Below, in pieces: positions 53,058 through 62,591 of a DNA stretch of 62,591 nt. The stretch is from the NCBI RefSeq assembly GCF_000002075.1, contig NW_004797285.1, positions 1,715,232 through 1,777,822 on the forward strand, in the 5' to 3' direction. The stretch comes from Aplysia californica (Eukaryota). The notes beneath the pieces are model-generated. The model worked only from the letters and a program-made list of their open reading frames with translations. It was not told the origin of the DNA and did not search any database. The first letter of the stretch is position 1. Every line of letters begins with the position of its first letter. A program made the position numbers and the translations under genes.

Positions 53058-53843
53058 TTCCTCTCCACCGCACGCTACTCATGTATTGTTTGTAAGTAGG
53101 AATGGTGAAAAATGCACAACAGCTAGCCAAGCCTTTTGGAGAAAAAAAAAGCACAAGAGGCCACCGAGTTAACATAAACTGAATAATGTAAGCTGTAGGA
53201 ATTACAACCTAAGTAGACAAAACATGAATAATTATAAAAGCTATTCTACATCTGGGTCAGCAAAATTTATGTAATTTAATTAAGAGACCGGTTAATTTGA
53301 CCTGCTAGTCAGGACCAATCTGGACTGCATAGTACTCCTCAGCAACCCAACAGACAGTCAAACTCGAACAAAACTTCTTCCTAAAGCGAGATTCGATTAA
53401 TGTCTTCTGTGTGCAACAGCCAAAAGCAAAATCATTACACAAGAAGCTGGTAAATACAGATCAGAAAATAGTGAAGTAGATATACCGGTAATGTAAAGAC
53501 TGATACATCAGTCAGCCCTTTTTCTGTCAAATCATCTGTATTCATTTACATTACAAGAATCTAAGAGTAAAAATTAACATAAAAGTTTTATAACCTAGAT
53601 AATACAGTATGTGAAAAAAAGTTTTGTACTGGCTCTTAAACAACACCACAGCTGTTAAGACTTCTTTAGCAGATGTAAACCATTAAACAACACATAATGG
53701 TAAAATCCGTGTCCACACTGTGTAAGATTATCACACTTCTCTGAACAGCGAAAATCACATAAAGTCTTGCTAATTAATAATTAAAAAATTGTTTCTCATA
53801 AAAATTTGATAACACAACAGGCAAAGAATCTTTTTCACAAGTG

Positions 53844-55082
53844 TCATGGTTTCTCACTCTCTCTGATAACACAAAATGGTTTTTTAACATCTTCATCCAA
53901 AAATAGAATACCAGTCACAGCAGCAAAGCCCACAATCAAACATAAAACTTTTAGCAGCCTGTCAGATTCACAATTAAATTCTTTAGGTAAGATTTCAAAG
54001 AAAATAATGTACAGAAAAGTGCCAGAGGCAATGCCCTGAAGTAGACCATGGATTAAACCTGAGGAGACAGAATCCCAGAGGTCTGTGATAGTGATACCAA
54101 TAGCAATACCTACTGGAGAAGACAAAGAAAAAACAACAACTGACTTAATAGCAGACTTCACCGAAAGTTTGCTCTGAACTAAATTCATACCTAAGCTAAA
54201 GCTCAAAATACTTTTGTGGAGAACTAACGCGGCAAAAATACCCAGGACTTCTCCTACACTGAGCTGCAGGCCTATTGTTAACCCTTCAAACACAGAATGT
54301 AAAGAGAGAGCAAGCAAGAGCAGTAATGTCCTCAGAGGGGAGTGCACCTGTAGAGAATGGTCGGCTGGAGAGTGTCTCTGGTGGTGTCCGTGCTCTTCGT
54401 TGGCATGTTCTCTATGAAAACTGGCACCGCCAGAGACAGAATCGTCAGTTTCTTCTGCTTGTATGCCAGCTTGAGTACCACCCACCTTCTGCCTGCGAGT
54501 CCTTGACACCTTTTCTGAGTGTACTGCATCAGCACCAGCACCCTCTGTTACAGTCACGTGAGGCTCATCACAAATGCCTCCAATAGAGTAGTCACTGTGG
54601 TACGACTCTATCATCTCATCCTTGTTCTCTTCTTGGTGACCAAGCAATGGTTGCCTGGGGTCATTTTCCTCTTGCACAACAGCAGGTCTCTCTTTAATAG
54701 TCAGAACAATTTGTTCTATTATGAGGATAATAAATAAACCAATAACTAAAATAAACTCTGCGACAGGGAATCCAGTGTACACTTTCATATCATAGAGAAC
54801 CTGTATTAGATTACGCTGTACACTGGGAAGAAGATCAAGAAAACAAGTAGCAAGGAATACTCCTGCAGCAAGGCAATTCAGAAAGCTCAGAACTCTCTTG
54901 TATGATGACAGTCTGCTCCTTTGGTCCGCGGTTTCCATGTTAGAGCTTGAATCTGATCTATTTCTGTGCGACGCCTTTTTCACAACATTAATGATGAAAA
55001 CAGGGATCATTCCAAATAAAAAGGTCATGACCAACAGGCCAGCCAATACAATCACTTTCACCACATCTACAGAAATGGCCAT
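53844..55082 (-). CDS. ZIP (SLC39) zinc transporter, ZIP1/ZIP2/ZIP3-like, single coding exon, 412 aa
   Basis: About 8 hydrophobic segments; motifs AGVFLATCFLDLLP, FPVAEF, TM4 LSLHSVFEGLTIG, TM5 HKSILSFSLG, GTFLYIIFFEILP; His-rich TM3-TM4 loop. Start context AAAATGG. A 3' splice site (TTTTTCTTTCCACAG on -) at about 55140 implies an upstream non-coding exon. Confidence 0.93.
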   Translation of the reverse strand: MAISVDVVKVIVLAGLLVMTFLFGMIPVFIINVVKKASHRNRSDSSSNMETADQRSRLSSYKRVLSFLNCLAAGVFLATCFLDLLPSVQRNLIQVLYDMKVYTGFPVAEFILVIGLFIILIIEQIVLTIKERPAVVQEENDPRQPLLGHQEENKDEMIESYHSDYSIGGICDEPHVTVTEGAGADAVHSEKVSRTRRQKVGGTQAGIQAEETDDSVSGGASFHREHANEEHGHHQRHSPADHSLQVHSPLRTLLLLLALSLHSVFEGLTIGLQLSVGEVLGIFAALVLHKSILSFSLGMNLVQSKLSVKSAIKSVVVFSLSSPVGIAIGITITDLWDSVSSGLIHGLLQGIASGTFLYIIFFEILPKEFNCESDRLLKVLCLIVGFAAVTGILFLDEDVKKPFCVIRESEKP

Positions 55083-55939
55083 TTTCTATTTTTGTTGTGT
55101 AGCACTAACAGATCATCCAATGTTGATGTTGGTCAATATCTGTGGAAAGAAAAATGAATAGAATTTAAACTTTGATTTGTAAATTCTACAAACCCAAAGA
55201 CATTGGTCTTAAATTCTAAAGGTTTTTTTTCAAAATAGCAAACTGCCCTCAAGTACTCTAGTCATTTATACAGAAACATTATATATCTCTATGTAGGTAT
55301 TAACATGCAGACAGCGCGCCTTGAGTCCTAATTTTCCCATCAAACAGAGAAATGCATACCTGTTCAAACAAGGGGAGGGGAAAGTTTTAGTCCTTGCAGT
55401 TGGCATAATGTTACAGCAGATAAGAATCTGTCAATGTATTGCTAAAGATACTGATGCAACTATGCTTCAACTCAATGTGAGAGGCATCACATTTCTATGA
55501 TTGTCAGTCACCTTTATCTTCCAAATCACATTATTTATTACTAAATAAAAATTTTTAAAAGGGTCAACTCCAAAACTCCCATGAGTCAAAGATACACCAT
55601 GGTACTATGGCAATGGTTTTCATACACATTTTCTTCTGCAAACTTGGTCTTTCTGTGCATTTTAACTCCTCATCACTAGCAAGCTGCTCCCAGCAGCTCT
55701 TGGTCAGAACCACTATACTGGTGAACCACTGGCAGTCAGCAGCTTGGGCATATTCTTTTACGCTGACTCCGACGTCAAATAAGTTTTCCGCAGAGGTCTC
55801 TTTTACCGGTAGCTCTTTCATTAGATGAAGAACTATCAGAATAGGTTAAATCTTTTAAATTTCATGACGAATATAAATATGTATATATGCCACTTTTCAA
55901 TTTCATACCCAAAAGAGTTGAGTAATTTGCACAAATCTA

Positions 55940-56300
55940 TAGTGGAGTCCGCTTGAACCAAAATCCGTGGGACCATCAGATTTTTTTCCATTTAGCTGGA
56001 TTTTCCCATTTAGAGAGATTGCTTAAAATAATGATGATTGTCAACAGCATAGAGTTGGGAATACCATTCACGGCAAATTTCACTTTTTGTAACTTTATTC
56101 TTATCTACCTCTTTCAGTAACTGCAATTGGAGGTTCAGGCTGTATGCGCTGTGCTTTCTCTTCAACATTGTCAGCTGAACATCTGCCGAACAGTCACTCA
56201 AAACACAGATAAGATTAGAGATAGAGAAGTGAGAAAGTTTAAAGCCCTTGTAAGCAATATTGTGAAACACATCACACGTGGTCATGAGCTTATATGTGTA
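55940..56300 (-). mobile_element. Tigger/pogo relic with HTH remnant
   Basis: Minus ORF segment MLKRKHSAYSLNLQLQLLKEVDKNKVTKSEICRE resembles a CENP-B N-terminal HTH; TIR-like TAGTGGAGTCCGCTT at about 55940. Confidence 0.55.
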
Positions 56301-57578
56301 GGGCCTACGTGAACTAGTTTCACAGAGATATTTGCCATGACCAACCTAAGGTTGCAGAACAGATGCACATTTGCTTTCCTTGCGTCACATGACTTATGCA
56401 CAGAGTGTAGGCCTAATAACAGGTGATAAAGGTAAACTAACAGCACACTGATGATGCCTCTCTCTAGTCCACAGTTAACATAAGTGTTTTCTAGTGTTTA
56501 TTTCTTGTTTTGGTATCTTTCAAAACGCCTAAGACTATGATTTGTGCTATTTGTGTGTTGTTAGTGAAAATTTAGAGAACTCTAAATAATCCCCAATATC
56601 TTTTTGTTTTAGAAATGGGAGCATTTTGGGAAATCGAGTTTTCTAACAAAGAAAAAGAAAAAAACATGGAATATTGTTTTTGGGCGATCCATTTTCGGTT
56701 TAAATGGACTCCATTATTTTCATTATATTCATTATATTCATGGTAAATTACACTTTAGAATTAAATTACAGAAGACTTTGTTTAATTCAACATGAAGCTT
56801 TCAAACATAAAATTCCTACTCCTTATCTTTCATGTTGCAGGGTCAATTTGTGCTTCACTGAGCCCAGTGGGATCCCCAGTGCCAAAAAGTAAAGTTAGAT
56901 TAAGCGGTCAATTGCCTTTGATTAGACCAACTGTGTTCCAAGCAAAAGATTGCTTCATATGAAAAAAGTATCACTACATTCAAATCTGCAATTAGTCTTT
57001 TGAAGCACCTAATTTTAATAGAAACAGTACGCAGAATACAAGATATGACGAACAGTGATTGCATTATCATAATTTTTCATAGAGTCCTCGTGCTTTGTGA
57101 GGCATGACAACCATGAACGTTGCCAAGACGTACCTGGTAAGTCACGAATTTTCAGATTTCAGTCGTATCATGACCATCATGGGAGTTTGCAAAATTTGCC
57201 ATTCCTAGTTGCCTACAATTATTTAAAATGTTGGGTGTAGCGGGGCAAGGAAAGTCCCGAACTTGGATACAGTGGGAGAGATTGAGCGAGCAGTATCTGA
57301 GGCTGGGGGAAAGGGGATGGGCGATGGGGTGGCTGTAGTCAACTGTAGTGTAGGTGGGCTCCAAACAGGTGGTCAGCGGAGCAGCGTTGTGATATGCCAG
57401 TCCAGTGATGAGTGAGTGTGTGTGTAGGGGGTGGGGGGGGGGAAGCAGTTACCGTGCACCTAGCTACAGGGGCCACTAGTTAAGTACCCGGTTACCATGT
57501 ACATAGATACTGAGACTACATGCCCAGTTACCATGTACGTAGACACTCTGTTTCTAGATTCAAAGTGACTTTTTGGAA

Positions 57579-58337
57579 TCGAGTCCGAATAGACAAAAAT
57601 TATATTCTGACGCTGAAATGGTCCAGCATGACGCCCTTTCCGACTCTTGTTCCTAAATATTTCCAGCATTAATGAAATTTTTGTCGATTATAATGATAAC
57701 AATCGAGACGTGAGCTTTAATATCCAGTTACTAGATCTGCCTAAACTGGTCGTCCCTGGATGATTAGTTTGAAAAGAACAACTAAGTTGAGTTGACCTTG
57801 CCAAGGGAAAAGTTAATTAGGTTGACCAATGAGATTGCACGTAGCTATATCGCCCTCTCGGCTTGCTGTGGGAAGAGATGTTGGGAAGAGGCCACGGCTG
57901 TCCATTTTGTGTAATGTGATTTTTAAAAAAATAATTACAGAAAAACTATAACACACAACAAAATGAAATTAATCATGTGACAAGACAAATGGTGGTGGAA
58001 GTAATGATGATGCTGTAGTGTTGGTGGAAAGACCGTGAGTTGTCGGTTACCGTGTACTTAGACACTGCCATTGGGTAGATCTAATGAGAGTGCAGTATTT
58101 TTTCTTTTGACGCAATTACACAGTCCTTGTAGGCAATTCTAGTTCTAATTCTGGTTTTACATAAAATCCCCCGGCGACAGTTATATTATGCAACCTCCTT
58201 ACACTCACATTACTCACTTAGATCTAGAAGCTGAGTCTGAATAAATATTTTTTCGGACCCGAGTCCGAATAGACCTAGACAAAACCCATATTCGGACTCG
58301 AGTCCGAATAGATAAAAATTATATTCGGACTTTAGTG
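57579..58337. mobile_element. possible CACTA-type terminus with subterminal palindromic repeats
   Basis: Repeated CGAGTCCGAATAGA / TATTCGGAC; ends ATTCGGACTTTAGTG (CACTAAAGTCCGAAT on -); other end not identified. Confidence 0.4.
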
Positions 58338-58713
58338 ACGGGGTTGTGCGACAGGGGGGTCAGCGCGACAACCTTGTGGTATGAACCAATTAAGACATGC
58401 TAGAGTATTCCCACGTTTATCAACATCCGACAGCACCCTTTCCTGTGGCTTGAGATTCTTGGCTGGTCGCTGAGGTTGTTTTCTGCTCGTACACAAAGGC
58501 AAATTATTTCCAGGCTCCCTGATTATGTATTCTAACAGTGCATCGACCTGCAGTCGTAAGGCTGTCAATGCATTTTATGAAGATGTGTATAGGGGCCTAC
58601 TTGCACTACACACAAAGCAGTGTGTTGTGCGTGTAGCATATCAGTACTAAGCAAAGCACGGAGCCGCTCAGCCTCTCTGTGGGGATGGATGGGGGTAGGC
58701 GCACAGTGCCGAC

Positions 58714-59944
58714 ATGGCTTCTGGTAAGGCGCGCTTTCGCATCTCAGACCTCTGCAACGAGAACGGGGTAATATTCTATTGCACCAAGGCTCACACCAGC
58801 CACCTGACACAGCCTCTGGACCAAGTGTCCTTCGAGGCGATCAAGCCAGCGTGGCAAGAGGGGGTAAGGAAGTTTGTGACGGACACCACGGAATCCGCCA
58901 CACTGTGATGTTTGCCGCCGTCCTGAATTGAAGGCCTGGACAACAGCAGCTCGGCTAAAAACAGCCATGAGGGGATTCACAAAGTCAGGGCTGTTCCCCT
59001 ACAATCCTGACAATGTCCTCACAAGTGACAAGCTGAACCCAGCTGCACCTTCACAGGGTCCTCTGTCCCCACCCTCCACTTGTCACACACCTCGTCTCCC
59101 TCTGTCCCACCCACCTCTTTTGCCTCTGAACCATCCACGACGTCACAAACTCGCCATCATCGACTCAAGGAAATATTCTTCATGAACTTTAAGCTTGGGG
59201 AGGAGAAGGTGGACCTGTACCTCAAAAGGTATGACAATGGATACGACATCAAGATCTACCCCGACTACAACATGTGGTCCAATCTGATGGACAATATTGA
59301 ACAACTGGATCCTCTGCTCCCCCTGCCATCACTACTTTTTTTTAAGAGCCTTGGAACCTCAGACCCCCTCCATGGAGATGACTATCGACAAGGTGCTCAC
59401 ATTACCATCATGTTCAAAGAACAAGGCCGTTAGAAAGCCTCAGCTACCTGTGCCACCGTCCATCAGTGGAAATGACTAGAAAGAGATGATACTCACGAAG
59501 AAGAGGAAGGCAGAAGAAGAACAACAGCAGAAGGAAGGGAGAAAGAAGCAAAGGGAGCAGAGAAAGATGGAACGGCTAGCACAAGCTGAAGACAAGAAGG
59601 AACGCAAAAGAGAGAAGGAAAAACAAAGGGAGCAGGCAAAGAAGGAGAAAGAGGAGGAGAAGAAAAAGAGAATTCAGGAGAAAAAAATGAATGCTTTGGT
59701 TGTGGCCTCACCGAAGAAGAAAGAGGACGAAGATTCCTCTGACTCAGGAGAACAGCTGGTGTATGACGACAGCTCCGATGATTGTGGGGACATTGCAGTC
59801 GACTGTGCTGGGTGTGGAGCCACCACGGCAAGACAAGTGCTCACCCAGTGCATGCTTTGTGACAACTGGTGGCTCGCCCCGAAGGACAAGACTCAGGAAG
59901 ACCTGGATGCCATGGACATTGAGCTCGTTTGCTGTGTTGACTAA
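58714..59944 (+). pseudogene. frameshifted pogo/Fot1-like DDE transposase 3' half with K/E-rich coil and degenerate PHD-like finger
   Basis: ENGVIFYC..AHTSHLTQPLDQVSFEAIKPAW; AW..A......RGFTKSGLFPYNP; KKRKAEEE..; CAGC..QCMLCDNWW. Confidence 0.8.
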
Positions 59945-60696
59945 TCTCCCCATCCCAATTTGTTTCATACAAATAGTGTGAACATCAATATCTTTGTTTA
60001 TCCCTGTGCAATTAGATCCACATATATGTATCTCCTTTGCTGTTCTTATATATAATTTAATTCATGATTTTCAGAGTTATCTAGACTCACTAACAGATTA
60101 CTGTTTCCATTGTAAGTGTTGGCTTCAGTTATTTTTTCGTTTTATTTCTCTTTTGGCTAAACGTAAAAAACTGAGTGTCTCTTGTAACTCTTAACTCTTG
60201 TGTAATTTGTAAGAATATTTCCTGCTTTGTGGCTAGAAAATCATACGTTAGCCTACATAATAACAAGTTATTAGGGCACGTTGCGCGCAGCCCCTCCATA
60301 AAATGCATCACCTTCAAGCAGGAACGCATCCACACTGATTGTCACACACACCCGCCCTCACTTTGCCTCACATATATACCAGTAAGATTAAGTACTTTAC
60401 CGGACCACCGGTCGGAACTACCTTCGCTATGGCGCCCCTGGTGCCTAATGGTCCGCTATTCTTCCTTTCCGGGCTCCCCTACTCACTTTCCTACTCAGTT
60501 TTCTACATCCCCACCCTTTGACTCAACAACTGACTGATGTCTCTTACTCTTACCAGGTTTTTCAGTCATCACGACCGTGCCACTGTGCCCTTTGTCCCAC
60601 GACCCTGACACCTTGAGGCTAATTGGTCAATCTAATCACGTGGTCCACTATTCTTTTTTGCTTGCGACTCTGCTAGGCTAGGCCTAGGCCTACACT

Positions 60697-61191
60697 AATG
60701 CCGTTAAACGTAGAAGACGCATCTTTCTGATTGACTGCTAATTTTAGTAATGTGATGTCATCTGGGATACCCACAGACTATTTTAAGAAGGGCTTGGGGG
60801 TACGCATAGAATGACGTGTTTCCGGTATGTTAATAACATTTTGGAATTCCAGCATTGACACCGTACGAATGTCAACAATTTCTTTCATTGAGACATTGAC
60901 GGGTTTGAGCTTCCTAATTTTCCAGTTCACTGCGTCTATTGCATTCATTCTTTGAATGTTTTCTCTGGATCTACCATATATATATATAAAAGAGACTATT
61001 CATCATCGGAGCACCCCATCATATCACATTACGGGTATTCCTGGAAAAACATCGCACCAAAGCGTCGTGCCATCCCGTTGGCTATATTTACATTAGTCAC
61101 ATGATCGGAAGGGGTGATCCGGTCTGACGTCACACAAAATGGCCGCCTTACCTAAAAATAGTTTGTGTGTCCTTCTATGTTTTATCGCATG
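60697..61191 (+). mobile_element. MITE family A, copy 2
   Basis: Collinear with 1360-1892; flanked by CTA on both sides. Confidence 0.8.
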
Positions 61192-61699
61192 CTAGGCCTA
61201 CTCCTGGTCCGGCAAAGTACAATGGAGGGCGAGAGATGTGAACGAGAGCTCATAAAAATTTGCTTAATTGCAACCCCCTCGGCCCTGCTCGCGACTTGTC
61301 GAGTGCTGCGAAGCAAGGCTCAGCCTGTTCCAACTCTAATTAGATCTACCCTGATTGTCCGCTTGGCTCCATGGTCCGCTCCTGTTATTGTTTATGTGTG
61401 TGTGTGTGTTTTGAACCCTAAAACCCCCCACTGTTGTTACATTATATGATATATATGTAAACACCATTGTCTGCCCATATTATTGGTTTAAATTTTCTCA
61501 TATTATTGTTTCCAAGGGGGCAAGCTCCCCTGAACTCCCCCCCCACTGTTGGCAGTTGGTATGATACATGGTGGTCCAACAGAGTTAAATCCCCTACCCA
61601 CCCTCAACCACCAACTCTCGCTCACTTTGCCTCACCGCTGACTTGCGCTGTGCACGAAGTCGTCCGTGGAACTACCTTTTGTCCGCACGTAGAGAACTA

Positions 61700-62520
61700 T
61701 GAGTGCGCAGTTAGGCTAGGCGTGCGTAGTAATCACAGGCCCAGACAGGTGGTCTGGTAAAGTACAATCTGGTCCAGCCCAAATACCACTACTACTGAGG
61801 GAGACAGGCAAACAAAGCAGGCATAGCATGCTGGGCAGACGATAGCGGACGAAATTTGCTTCTTCATCATCAGTTATTGTGCGGTTACCTCTGGCTCTCA
61901 CCGGGGACTCAAGGTTTCGCACTTTTTATGCTTGGTAGCGCAGACTAGATCTACCTCCTCTACTCTAGATTCTAGAGACTAGAGCGGGCCTTTTAGATTC
62001 TAGATCTAGATCTAAATATAGAGTCAAACCGCATCACCGCGCACCTTGTTGGGTGCGCAACCCCCGGTTTCCTGCTTTGTTTTGGATAAGAACAACGAAA
62101 ACGAGGTTACTTTATGTGAGCATGCGCAGTAACAACTAAATTGCACTTTCGTTTTAGAGGTTCCTGTCTACACACGTGATTCTACGGTGTCAGTAAGTTT
62201 TGCCCCTTCATATTGATTGTTTTCGTAATCGGAGTCGGTGAATTACTAAGCGCTTGAGTGGTCGATTATTTAGCTCTTCTGGTTAATCTAGCTCTTATGT
62301 ATCGTAGAATGTACACTAAAATCGAGCCCAAACGATTGCAGGCTGCTTCTGAATGCCTGGAACATGCCCGATGGGGTTGCGCACTGAAGCGGACCAAATT
62401 TGCCCCGTCCGTTTTGGTGCGCAATATCGGCTTTTGACATTTGGCATTGACAGTGTGGCTTCTTGTAGCCTTAGTTGTTTCACATATTTCTTTAGGACCT
62501 GCGTTGCGCACTGAAACAGA
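61700..62520. promoter_or_regulatory. putative promoter / first non-coding exon region of the ZIP gene, with MRE cores
   Basis: CpG-richer; NRF1-like GCATGCGCA at about 62120; five TGCGCAC sites; minus-strand donor-like sites at about 61888, 61901 and 62110; TAGATCTA cluster. Confidence 0.4.
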
Positions 62521-62591
62521 CTGTTTTCTTTCCTTTTGGATGCTTTATATTGCCAATGGAAGATGATCAGAATGTATTAACACATTACACC

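Noticed and set aside
59486-59944. 152-aa K/E-rich ORF as an independent host gene
   Set aside because: It is the C-terminal part of the frameshifted pogo-like transposase immediately upstream.

Overview
AT-rich invertebrate (metazoan) genomic DNA, possibly a mollusc (inferred from the repeat types, not established), with three assembly gaps and two convergent protein-coding genes. (1) MSH3 on the + strand. I spliced 21 coding exons by hand (9004-34116) into one continuous frame of about 1105 aa, with a PIP box, the MSH3-type mismatch-binding motif and the MutS ATPase. Its fourth coding intron is a minor-spliceosome (U12) AT-AC intron. (2) A ZIP1/ZIP3-like (SLC39) zinc transporter on the - strand with an intronless CDS (53844-55082); five MRE cores cluster in its putative promoter near 61.7-62.5 kb. 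Between the genes is a nested transposon stack: a Tc1/mariner-type shell, a hAT, a Mag-type Gypsy LTR element and an RNase H-bearing LINE, each inside the previous one. Introns and flanks carry many MITEs, SINEs and pogo/Tigger relics. Both window ends look like promoter regions, possibly bidirectional, and share TAGATCTA palindrome clusters and the same motif-rich MITE. I found no CRISPR or prokaryotic system, and nothing I can call a new biological system with confidence. The best leads are listed under findings.
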